Positions 1 to 8,004 of a stretch of DNA of 53,642 nt are shown here, piece after piece. Both the position numbers and the translations under genes were made by a program. The DNA is from Jatrophihabitantaceae bacterium. GTDB lineage: Bacteria; Actinomycetota; Actinomycetes; Mycobacteriales; Jatrophihabitantaceae. The stretch is from positions 1-53,642 of the forward strand of contig DAITQD010000001.1 of assembly GCA_036833255.1 (NCBI GenBank). The letters are read 5' to 3'. How positions within the stretch are numbered: the stretch's first letter is position 1; every line of letters begins with the position of its first letter. The notes beneath the pieces are model-generated. The model was not told where the DNA came from. It searched no databases and was given only the letters and a program-made list of their open reading frames with translations.

Positions 1-580
1 GTGGCGTAGTCGCGGGTGTAGGCATGCAGTTTCTCGGCGAGTTGCTGTCCGCTGCTGATCGCGGGCACGACCACATCGGGCAGGCCGGCGAACTCGAAAT
101 GATTGCGCAGACGCAGCGCTTCGACGGGCCGCGGGTCACTGGCGGAGAGGTTGACGTCGAGCCGGATGGGCTCGAACAACCGTCCGGCGAGCCGGGACTC
201 GATTGGAAACCGCGCGCCGCCTTCGGGTCCTTCACCGTGCAGGCTGCTGGGTGACCCGATCAGGAACTCGAAGTGATCTGCCAGGTCAATTCCGGCGGCG
301 CGAGCGAGCGTGTCCTGCAACTGGTCGGCGTCGGCACGCCAGGTGGTGTCGGCATCGGCCGTGTGCGTGCGTGGGCTCCGACTCGTGCCAGCATCGCCAG
401 ACCACCTTTGAGTGCCCAACTGCCTTCTGGCGCGGCGATGACGAACCGGGCGAGCAGCCGCTCGAACGCGGCCTCCTTGCGCAGGCGATCCAGTGGGAGC
501 CCGCTGGTTCGTGCTTGGGTCTTGAGCCGGTCCTCCAGCGCACGCCGCAGCGAATGCGGGTGCTCATAGCGTGCAGTCAC
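1..580 (-). pseudogene. AbiEii/AbiGii-family nucleotidyltransferase toxin (type IV TA / Abi), frameshifted; 3' end runs off the window
   Basis: ORF 260..580(-) begins MTARYEHPHSLRRALEDRL...LKGGLAMLARVGAHARTR and then becomes Pro/Thr/Arg junk. Reading the reverse strand of 1..355 in the neighbouring frame gives ADADTTWRADADQLQDTLARAAGIDLADHFEFLIGSP...RLDVNLSASDPRPVEAL...ISSGQQLAEKLHAYTRDYA, a plausible continuation of the same family. The frame changes near 355-362. An ATGA start/stop overlap joins it to the upstream AbiEi gene. Confidence 0.6.
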
Positions 581-1167
581 GATGCGGAGCTCTGCTCCGT
601 CGCGGGCAGCAGCAGGCGGGTGAGGCGCTGTCTGTCTGGGTGCCCGCTGAGGTAGGTCGACATTCGGTCGGGCGTGATCAGACCTCGACGTATCGCATCT
701 TGTGCGGCGTCGCTGGCTAGTGACGGGTCGACGTCGGTGGCAACGTCAACGAGCGCGCGGGCGACGCTGACGACCGGAACGTCGTCCCACACCGTTGTCT
801 CCTCGGGCGCAAGCGGCGCGACGTGCACGACAACACCGTCGCGTGATCCGCGAAACGGGCGAGCCACCGACACGTGCACGACCGTCGGCATCGAGGCGCC
901 GAGCCCGTACACGGCAAGGGCGCTGTCATGACTGACCGCGCTGCCCGGCCCCACCCACAATGTCGCCGCGATCGCATCACCGAAACGGTGCGGCGGGAAT
1001 CTGGCCAACCGGTAGACGCCGTGCGCGACCCTGTCGATGTCCCCGGCTGCTGTGTAGTAGGTGAGCAACCTCGTTGAGATACCAGCCTGCCCGGCCTGCC
1101 GGGTGGTGAAATACCCGCCGTGGGACTCCGCCTGGTCGTAGAGAACATCCAAACCGCGCTGCTGCAT
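577..1167 (-). CDS. AbiEi-family antitoxin / transcriptional regulator
   Basis: ORF 577..1203(-). The likely start is ATG at 1167 (MQQRGLDVLYDQAESHGGYFTTRQAGQAGIS...). The sequence pattern is typical of AbiEi antitoxins, and it is translationally coupled to the AbiEii gene. Confidence 0.75.
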   Translation of the reverse strand: MQQRGLDVLYDQAESHGGYFTTRQAGQAGISTRLLTYYTAAGDIDRVAHGVYRLARFPPHRFGDAIAATLWVGPGSAVSHDSALAVYGLGASMPTVVHVSVARPFRGSRDGVVVHVAPLAPEETTVWDDVPVVSVARALVDVATDVDPSLASDAAQDAIRRGLITPDRMSTYLSGHPDRQRLTRLLLPATEQSSAS

Positions 1168-1392
1168 GAAAACTACACTACATGTAAGTTTCAAGTTCTG
1201 CACGCGATGGCGCCCGAGCCACCACAGTTAGCCTTTGTGGGCGGACACATTGCTGGCGCCGCGCGCGATTCAGACACAGTAGGGCTGGCTGACGACCGGA
1301 CGCGCTGCGTCCGGAGGGTTCACCGTGACGACGACGGCCGGGCGCCTCGCGATGAACGTTCCTGTCGGGGTGGCGATGGGTGCCGGTGATCG

Positions 1393-2724
1393 TTACGTAC
1401 TTCTATTGCGAATGCTGTCCAGCGCGGCAACCGCGGCGGCGTCGGCGTGGGGGAGCGTGTGGAGGTATTGCTCGGTGGTGGTGAGCCGGGCGTGGCCCAT
1501 GCGGTCTTTCACGCTCTGCAGGTCGGCGCCGCCGGAGAGCAGCCAGGAGGCGTGGGCGTGGCGTAGGTCGTGGACACGGACGTGGAACGGAAGCCCGGCC
1601 TGGGCGAGGGCAGGGTTCCAGATCTGTCGGCGGAACCAGGCACGGGGGATGTGCCGGTCGGTGTCGAGGGTCCGGGAGGTTCGGGCGGGGTCGGCGCCGG
1701 TGGCTCGACGGTTCGCGCGGTAGGTCGCGTAGGCGCCGCGACAGTGCTCGCATCGGCAGCCGCCGGCGGAGTAGCCCGACAGCGTGCCGTGGCGGTAGGT
1801 GCGTCCGGTTGATGTGGGGTCGGTCAGCCCGAGGACGTCCAGGTCGGCGGGGATATCCGGTCGCCGATGCAGGCTCACGGCTGGTGGCGCGGCGAACAGT
1901 AGATCGTCTGACGCCTTGCTGGCGGCGTGGGCGGCGAGCAGGTCACGGATGTGGCTGCTGAGGCCGAGGCGACGTGGTTGTTTGTCTTTGGGGTAGTTCT
2001 TGATCAGGAACCGTTGCCCGTCGGGGTGGAACTTGGCGACGATCTCGATGACAACCCGGGACACGACGAGCTGACCGTGAGCGAGGTCGAGGTCGTGGAC
2101 CCGCAGCTCGACGAGTTCACCCCAGCGCAGCCCAGTTTCGATGTCGGTCTCGACCAGCAACCGCACCTCAGGAGTGGGCAAGGCGGCGTGGATGAGGGTG
2201 AACTGCTCGGGGGTGATGATGCGCCGTTGCGCTTTCGGGACGGTCGGGGCCTTGATGCCGGCGCAGGGGTGCAGGGTGGTGATCTGGTCGTTGAACGCCG
2301 TGGTGAAGATCGCGCTCAACACGGACAGGCAGTACTTGATCGTGGCCGGCTTCACCCCGGCGTCTTTCAACGTGGTGAGCCAGGCGCGGATGTCGGCGGG
2401 CTGGATCGCGATCATCTTGTAGCCACCGAACGCGGGCAGGATGTGTTTGTCCAGGACGTAGCGGTAGTTCTGCCGGGTGGTCAGCTCGATCTGGTGGTTG
2501 GGAAACCATTCGTCCTCGACGTAGCGGGACAGGATCTGCCGGCTGCGTCCGGTGTCGGCGTTGCGGCCCTGCGAGGTGTGGGCTTCGGCTCGCTGCCACG
2601 CCTTGTCCGCGTCGCGTCGGCTGGCGAAGCTGCCGGCCGATCGGCGCCGGCCGGTGACGTCGTCGTAGTAGGCGGTGTAGCGGGGCTTCCCGTCTGCGCC
2701 GAGACGTTTGCGTGACTGACCCAC
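1393..2724 (-). CDS. Tyrosine-type site-specific integrase (phage integrase family)
   Basis: 443 aa. The C-terminal catalytic region VHDLRHAHASWLLSGGADLQSVKDRMGHARLTTTEQYLH carries the R..HxxR..Y signature. It lies about 200 bp from the att-like repeat at 2921-2967. Confidence 0.9.
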   Translation of the reverse strand: MGQSRKRLGADGKPRYTAYYDDVTGRRRSAGSFASRRDADKAWQRAEAHTSQGRNADTGRSRQILSRYVEDEWFPNHQIELTTRQNYRYVLDKHILPAFGGYKMIAIQPADIRAWLTTLKDAGVKPATIKYCLSVLSAIFTTAFNDQITTLHPCAGIKAPTVPKAQRRIITPEQFTLIHAALPTPEVRLLVETDIETGLRWGELVELRVHDLDLAHGQLVVSRVVIEIVAKFHPDGQRFLIKNYPKDKQPRRLGLSSHIRDLLAAHAASKASDDLLFAAPPAVSLHRRPDIPADLDVLGLTDPTSTGRTYRHGTLSGYSAGGCRCEHCRGAYATYRANRRATGADPARTSRTLDTDRHIPRAWFRRQIWNPALAQAGLPFHVRVHDLRHAHASWLLSGGADLQSVKDRMGHARLTTTEQYLHTLPHADAAAVAALDSIRNRST

Positions 2725-2781
2725 CGACTACCCTCAATCCCGGAGTCGCCGCCGCAGGTGCTGACTGCCGGCGTTGACCCT

Positions 2782-2801
2782 GATTTGACCCCGCGACCCT
2801 C
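2782..2801 (+). repeat. TTGACC-rich 20-mer (GATTTGACCCCGCGACCCTC), candidate integrase arm-type site
   Basis: It recurs with one mismatch at 33330-33349. Additional TTGACC motifs flank both copies, and TTGACTTGACC occurs at 32886-32896. Confidence 0.45.
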
Positions 2802-2920
2802 CGCCACGACCTGACACGGGATGGCATCAGATGACACGGATCGACAGGATTCCCAGCTATACAAGGGAGTCTATCGCGTAGGGCTCAGCAAACAAAGGGC
2901 CGTTGAACCTGAAACACCCC

Positions 2921-2967
2921 GCTGGCAGTGTGGGGGTCAGGGGTTCGAGTCCCCTCAGCTCCACCCA
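2921..2967 (+). repeat. att-like direct repeat DR1: 3' end of a tRNA-like/tmRNA-like gene (T-arm plus acceptor strand)
   Basis: The sequence gctggcagtgtgggggtcAGGGGTTCGAGTCCCCTCAGCTCCAccca contains a T-stem/loop (AGGGG-TTCGAGT-CCCCT) followed by CAGCTCC-A-CC. That is the acceptor 3' strand typical of tmRNA or tRNA-Ala (G3:U70 compatible). No matching 5' half lies upstream, so this is a fragment. It is repeated at 33228-33274 with 46/47 identity. Confidence 0.7.
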
Positions 2968-3020
2968 TGAATGCCTTATAGTATAAGGTTTCCGCGTCTA
3001 GTGGGACTGTCTGGGCGGCC

Positions 3021-3245
3021 TCAATGTCACCGAAATGTCAGTACCCACAAACTGTGGGAAGCAACTTGGTTCAAGTTTCGACGAGACCCCAACTGTGGTG
3101 GCCGCTGCGGCCCTGGCGCGCCGCGCCTGTGAGGTCTCGGCGTTTGCGGCACTGGCGCTGTCCCGTTAGATACCGGCTGTTCTCGGTTTCGGACGGGCTG
3201 ACGACGTGCCGATTCGTGCGAGCCGAGGTTATTGAGACCCACCGG
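3021..3245 (+). repeat. Copy 1 of an uncharacterised ~225-265-bp repeat unit (MITE-like or structured-RNA-like)
   Basis: It shares tcaatgtca..gaaatgtcagt..ctgtgggaagca.cttggttcaagt.tcgacgagac..ctcggcgtttgcggcactgg..gccgaggt.attgag.ccca with 53269-53494 and, in part, with 7509-7669. Weaker similarity may extend left to about 2983 (ATAAGG...). Confidence 0.6.
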
Positions 3246-3322
3246 CTCGCTCTGCGCGATCTGGGTGCAGCGGAATGGCGGATGGTGTGATGGCAGGTTG
3301 CCGGAGCCTTGTCTGATGGCCT

Positions 3323-3350
3323 CTATACCTGGTATATATACCGGGTATAG
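3323..3350. promoter_or_regulatory. AT-rich 28-bp near-perfect palindrome, candidate PadR operator/promoter
   Basis: CTATACCTGGTATATATACCGGGTATAG has one mismatched pair. It ends 25 nt upstream of the padR-like start in otherwise very GC-rich DNA. Confidence 0.5.
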
Positions 3351-3374
3351 CGAGGATCGAGGGGTTGAGGGCGA

Positions 3375-3962
3375 ATGAGTGTCCGGCACGCGTTGTTGGC
3401 GTTGTTGAGCGAGGGGCCGAAGTACGGGCTGCAGTTGCGCGACGAGTTCGAGCAGCGCACTGGTGAGGTGTGGCCGCTCAATGTCGGTCAGGTGTATACG
3501 ACGCTGCAGCGTCTCGAACGGGACGGTCTGATCGAGTCGGACGGTGAGGGGGAGGTCGGACCGCAGAAGTCGTTCCGCCTCACCGCTGACGGCGGTACCG
3601 AGTTGGACGCGTGGCTTCGCACCCCGCCGGATCTCAGCGCCCCGCCCCGCGACGAGCTGGTCATCAAAGTGTTGGTCGCGAGCCGGGTTCCGGGAGTGGA
3701 CGTCCACGATGTGATCCAGGCGCACCGGCGCCACATTGTCGAACTGATGCAGGAATGGACCCGGATCAAGCGCGACGCCGGTCCGGACGAGGTGAGCCTG
3801 GCTTTGGTTGTTGACGCCGAGCTGTTCCGGCTCGACTCGGTGATCCGCTGGCTGGATGCCGCCGACGCCCGGCTGCGCCGTACTGGTACCGCGCAGACCC
3901 CCGTCGCCCCATCGCGATTGCCTGAACCGGCCCCGACGCGCCAGGCAGAGGTACGCCGATGA
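3375..3962 (+). CDS. PadR-family transcriptional regulator
   Basis: MSVRHALLALLSEGPKYGLQLRDEFEQRTGEVWPLNVGQVYTTLQRLERDGLIES is a canonical PadR winged helix. An ATGA overlap joins it to the next gene. Confidence 0.9.
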   Translation: MSVRHALLALLSEGPKYGLQLRDEFEQRTGEVWPLNVGQVYTTLQRLERDGLIESDGEGEVGPQKSFRLTADGGTELDAWLRTPPDLSAPPRDELVIKVLVASRVPGVDVHDVIQAHRRHIVELMQEWTRIKRDAGPDEVSLALVVDAELFRLDSVIRWLDAADARLRRTGTAQTPVAPSRLPEPAPTRQAEVRR

Positions 3963-4681
3963 GCGCGCTACAACTGACCAACGTGAGCAAGGTGTACGGC
4001 AGCGGCCCCACCGAGGTCCGTGCGCTGCTTGAGGTGGACCTGACGGTCGAGCCCGGTGAACTGGTTGCGGTGATGGGACCCAGCGGCTCCGGTAAGAGCA
4101 CGCTGCTCACGATCGCCGGCAGCCTGGAGGAGCCCTCCGACGGGGAGGTGACCGTCGGCGGTGTACCGCTGTCGCGGCTGTCGCGCAGTGAGCGGGCCGC
4201 GCTGCGGCGCCGCGCGATCGGCTACGTCTTCCAGGACTTCAATCTGCTCGCCGGGTTGACCGCCGCGGAGAACGTGTCGCTGCCCCTGGAGCTCGACGGC
4301 ACGACGGGCAAGGCGGCCCGGATCGCCGCGCTGGCCACCCTGGACCGGCTCGGGCTGGTCGAGCGGGCCGACAGGTTCCCCGACGAACTGTCCGGCGGCG
4401 AGCGGCAGCGGGTGGCGATTGCCCGCGCGGTGGTCGGCGAGCGGCACCTGCTGCTGGCAGACGAACCGTCCGGCGCCCTGGACTCGGTCAACGGTGAGGC
4501 GGTGATGCGCCTGGTCCGCGAGACCTGTGAGGGCGGCGTGGCAGGTGTCGTGGTCACCCACGACGCGCAGCTGGCGTCGTGGGCTGATCGGGTGGTGTTC
4601 CTGCGTGACGGGCGGGTCGTCGATCAAACGGCCCGAGCAGAGGGGCCGGAGTCGCTGCTGGATGCGGATCGGGCGCGATGA
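3959..4681 (+). CDS. ABC transporter ATP-binding protein (MacB/LolD-like)
   Basis: Walker A GPSGSGKST, signature LSGGERQRVAIARA and Walker B LLLADEPSGALD are all present. Confidence 0.95.
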   Translation: MSALQLTNVSKVYGSGPTEVRALLEVDLTVEPGELVAVMGPSGSGKSTLLTIAGSLEEPSDGEVTVGGVPLSRLSRSERAALRRRAIGYVFQDFNLLAGLTAAENVSLPLELDGTTGKAARIAALATLDRLGLVERADRFPDELSGGERQRVAIARAVVGERHLLLADEPSGALDSVNGEAVMRLVRETCEGGVAGVVVTHDAQLASWADRVVFLRDGRVVDQTARAEGPESLLDADRAR

Positions 4682-7218
4682 GCACGACCGTTGCCCGACT
4701 TCCGCCCCCGGTTCTAGCGCCGCCTCCGGCACGTGGCGGGGCTCCGGCGCGCCGCGCGATCCGCCGCTGGGCATGGCGGCTGCTTCGCCGCGAATGGCGC
4801 CAGCAAGTGCTGGTTGTCAGCTTGCTGACGGTCGCGGTTGCAGCCACCACCGTTGGGCTCGGGCTCGTCGTCAACGTGCAAGGCACCGACCAGGGTGTGT
4901 TCGGCACAGCCGATGCGCGTATCGACATCGCCAATCCAGGTCCGAACGGCGTCGCTGCCGACGTCGCTGCTGCCCGGCAGAGCTTCGGCACCGTGGAGGC
5001 GATCGCCCACGTCGGCGTGCCGGTGCCGGGGTCGATTTCGCCAGTGGACCTGCGCGCCCAGGACCCGCACGGGGTATTCAGCAAACCGATGCTGCGACTG
5101 GTCTCCGGCAGCTACCCGACAGGCCCTGCCCAGGCGGCGGTCACCACGGCGATCGCGACGACGTTCACTCTGAAGATCGGCTCATCCTGGTCGGTGGACG
5201 GGCGGACGCTGCGAGTGGTCGGAATCGTCGAGGACCCCAAGGACCTGCAGGACGCATTCGGGTTGGTGGCTCCTGGTGAGGTCGGCTCCCCGTCGAGCGT
5301 GAGCCTGCTCTTCGACGGCAGTGGCGCGCAGGTGATGAACTTCCATCCACCGGCCGGGACCGTCGAGGGCATCATGTCCTCCGGCGCCCACGCGGCGCAG
5401 CAGCAGCGTAACCAGGCGCTCGCGGTCCTACTGCTGGCCACGATCGGGCTCACCTTCATCGGGCTGCTGTCGGTGGCCGGATTCACGGTGATGGCGCAGC
5501 GCAGGTTGCGTGCTCTCGGCATGATCGGCGCGATCGGCGCCACCGACCGGCAAGTGCGACGGGTCATGCTGTCCAACGGGGCAGCGGTCGGCATCGTGGG
5601 TGCGATGTCCGGGGCGGCGCTCGGGCTTGCCGCGTGGTTTGCGCTGACCCCGGCCTTCGAGGGGGTCGTCGGTCATCGGTACGACCCGTTCGCCCTGCCC
5701 TGGTGGGCGGTGATCGCTAGCGTGATCATGGCGATCCTGACCGCGCTCGGCGCCTCGTGGTGGCCTGCGCGTGCCGTGGCCAGGCGCCCCGTCATCGAGG
5801 CGCTGTCCGGTCGACCCGCTCCGCCACAGCCGGCACACCGCTTCGCGCTGCTCGGCACAGTACTGGCGGCGGCGGGTTTCGTCGGGCTGATCCTGGCCCA
5901 CACGGTGCACACGGTGCTGATCGTGGCCGGCATCCTGGCGATCACGGCGGGCATGCTTCTGCTGGCCCCACTCGGAATCCGGGCACTGGCCACCCTCGCC
6001 GGCCGCGCCCCAGTTGCGGTTCGCCTGGCCCTGAGGGACCTGGCTCGGTACCAGGCCCGCTCCGGCGCCGCGCTGGCCGCGGCCAGCCTCGCCGTCGGCA
6101 TCGCCGCCACGATCGCGGTGACCGCGGCCGCGCAGCAGGCCCACGACCACACCCTCACCGGCGGAAACCTGCCCGCCAACCAGCTCATCGTCTGGCTGGC
6201 CAACACCAACAACCAAGGCGGCCCAGGGCTCAGTGTCGCCCCGGCCGGAGCAGGTACGACAACACCCGCGGTGCCCAACGCGGCGGTGGTCGCCCAGGCC
6301 CGGACGACAGCCGACGCGATCGCCCAGGCCCTCAGCAGCAGCATCGTCGTCGAACTGGACAGCGCCATCGACCTGAACTCGCCCGTGCCCGCCGGCGCGC
6401 CACTTGACGCCGCGGAGGGGACCTTGGTCCACCCAATCAGCGTGCAGGGACGCGGCCAGGGATGGAACCAAGTTACGACCCCCTACGTCGCGACCCCCGC
6501 CGTGCTCGACCTTTACCGGATCCCGACCGGTGGCATCGCTGCGGGCAGCGACATCCTCAGCGCGCGCCGCGACCTGGGCGGCATCGAACTCGGTACCGGG
6601 TTCAAGGGAGACTTCCAGCCCGTCGTGGTGCAAGTGTCCGCACAGCTGCCGAACTACACCTCGGCACCCAACACGCTGATCACCCCGAAGGCCATGAACG
6701 CCGACGGGTACACGGCCGAACCGGTCGGCTGGCTAGTCCAGGCCAACCAGCCGATCACCTCGGCGCAGGCCACCGACGCACAACATCGCGCCGCCGCGGC
6801 CGGGATCACCATCGAGGCCCGGACTGGCCCGGACGGCACCCTGCAACACCTCCGCGATTACTCGACGCTGGCAGGCATGCTCGTGGCACTTGGCGTCCTG
6901 GCCATGACCGTCGGACTTATCCGCAGCGAGACCGCAGGAGACCTGCGCACACTTGCCGCGGTCGGCGCAAGCAGCGCCACCCGCCGCACCCTGAACGCGG
7001 CGTCCGCCGGAGCGCTGGCGCTGCTGGGCGGAATCCTCGGGACCGCCGCGGCCTACCTCGCACTGATCGCGTGGCACTGGCATGACATCAGCTACCTCAA
7101 CAGGCCGCCCTACGGCGACTTGGCACTTCTGATCCTCGCGCTGCCAGCCGTGGCCGTTGCCGGGGCGTGGCTACTCGGTCGCACCCACACCAGCATCGCC
7201 CGGCGTCCGCTCGAGTAG
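4678..7218 (+). CDS. FtsX-like ABC transporter permease (two FtsX-type membrane domains)
   Basis: 846 aa with multiple hydrophobic helices in two blocks separated by a large extracytoplasmic region. It overlaps the ATPase stop (ATGA). Confidence 0.85.
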   Translation: MSTTVARLPPPVLAPPPARGGAPARRAIRRWAWRLLRREWRQQVLVVSLLTVAVAATTVGLGLVVNVQGTDQGVFGTADARIDIANPGPNGVAADVAAARQSFGTVEAIAHVGVPVPGSISPVDLRAQDPHGVFSKPMLRLVSGSYPTGPAQAAVTTAIATTFTLKIGSSWSVDGRTLRVVGIVEDPKDLQDAFGLVAPGEVGSPSSVSLLFDGSGAQVMNFHPPAGTVEGIMSSGAHAAQQQRNQALAVLLLATIGLTFIGLLSVAGFTVMAQRRLRALGMIGAIGATDRQVRRVMLSNGAAVGIVGAMSGAALGLAAWFALTPAFEGVVGHRYDPFALPWWAVIASVIMAILTALGASWWPARAVARRPVIEALSGRPAPPQPAHRFALLGTVLAAAGFVGLILAHTVHTVLIVAGILAITAGMLLLAPLGIRALATLAGRAPVAVRLALRDLARYQARSGAALAAASLAVGIAATIAVTAAAQQAHDHTLTGGNLPANQLIVWLANTNNQGGPGLSVAPAGAGTTTPAVPNAAVVAQARTTADAIAQALSSSIVVELDSAIDLNSPVPAGAPLDAAEGTLVHPISVQGRGQGWNQVTTPYVATPAVLDLYRIPTGGIAAGSDILSARRDLGGIELGTGFKGDFQPVVVQVSAQLPNYTSAPNTLITPKAMNADGYTAEPVGWLVQANQPITSAQATDAQHRAAAAGITIEARTGPDGTLQHLRDYSTLAGMLVALGVLAMTVGLIRSETAGDLRTLAAVGASSATRRTLNAASAGALALLGGILGTAAAYLALIAWHWHDISYLNRPPYGDLALLILALPAVAVAGAWLLGRTHTSIARRPLE

Positions 7219-7322
7219 AGCAGCCGATGGCCGGTCAACGCACCGGCCCCAAGACCGGCTGCGCGGACGCTTCGCGACCCGCACGTACCGCCCGGATCGC
7301 GTGGAGGCCGTGCATCACGGAT

Positions 7323-7502
7323 CTAGAGGCCAAGCTCCCGTAGGCCGGTCGTGACGAGCTTGTTCACCAAGGCGGCCGGAAGTGGCCGGTCGACGGCAAA
7401 ATGCAACGACCCCTTGGTGCCTTCGTAGCCCACGAGATCGGCGGCGAGGGCAGGCAGGACTGGGCCGCTGTGCGGCAGGCGTCCGCTCAGAACGCGGCAT
7501 GA
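7323..7502 (-). pseudogene. C-terminal fragment of a DUF1801/YdhG-like protein, 5'-truncated
   Basis: The reverse-strand frame reads ...GRLPHSGPVLPALAADLVGYEGTKGSLHFAVDRPLPAALVNKLVTTGLRELGL*. There is no start codon, and an in-frame stop sits at 7503-7505. The fragment abuts repeat-unit copy 2. Confidence 0.4.
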
Positions 7503-7508
7503 TCACCA

Positions 7509-7669
7509 CACCGAAACTGTCCGGAAAACCGTGGGCAGGTCACGCTGCGCCTATGAGGTCTCGGCGTTTGCGGCACTGGCCCAGTCCCGCCAAATACCGG
7601 CTGCTATCAACAGTTGTCGCCTGGATGACCGGGGCCGCGGCGCGGGCCGAGGTTTTTGAGCCCCACAGG
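7509..7669 (+). repeat. Copy 2 (shortened) of the repeat unit
   Basis: It shares caccgaaa.tgtc, then gaggtctcggcgtttgcggcactgg ... gggccgaggtttttgagccccacagg with copies 1 and 3. Similarity stops at CCACAGG, as in the other copies. Confidence 0.55.
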
Positions 7670-7812
7670 CCATTTCGCAACGACACAGTGGGGCAAGTTC
7701 AGGTTGACACGGCCAGTCCGGGCACTTCTCGGGACCGTCAATTACTTAGTTTGCATCACTATTCATCGAGGCCCCTTCTCTGCCCGACGGATCCGCCGGG
7801 CATGATGACCCC

Positions 7813-8004
7813 GTGGACGAGCAGCTGCCTCCGCCGGCGTTCGCGGCCGGGCTGTGCGATCGCTGCGTCCACGCGATCGTTCGCCCGACCCGTCGGGACA
7901 CGACCTACCTGCGCTGCGGGTTGGCCGGCACCGATCACCGATTCCCGAAGTACCCGCAGCTTCCGGTGCGCAGCTGCGCCGGCTACGACGCGGCCCCGGC
8001 CTAG
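7813..8004 (+). CDS. Small Cys-rich hypothetical protein (63 aa)
   Basis: GTG start. MDEQLPPPAFAAGLCDRCVHAIVRPTRRDTTYLRCGLAGTDHRFPKYPQLPVRSCAGY has a CxxC...C...C pattern that I recognise as a widespread conserved hypothetical family. Third-codon positions are GC-rich. Its stop overlaps the stop of the convergent gene 8001..10166. Confidence 0.5.
   Translation: MDEQLPPPAFAAGLCDRCVHAIVRPTRRDTTYLRCGLAGTDHRFPKYPQLPVRSCAGYDAAPA

Noticed and set aside
2875-2967. Complete tRNA gene at DR1 (or at DR2).
   Set aside because: Only the T-arm and 3' acceptor strand are present. No complementary 5' acceptor strand (GGAGCTG / GGAACTG), D-arm or anticodon arm lies at the required distance upstream.
3024-3290. 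Small ORFs running through the repeat unit (3024..3290, 88 aa; 53272..53484, 70 aa; part of 7382..8062). Their translations resemble each other (…VGS.LVQVSTR.QLW…RRLRHW…).
   Set aside because: The similarity simply reflects nucleotide repeat conservation. Codons are A/T-ending, unlike the host genes. The composition is Arg/Cys/Trp-rich. The frame is not maintained in all copies. These are treated as non-coding repeat DNA.
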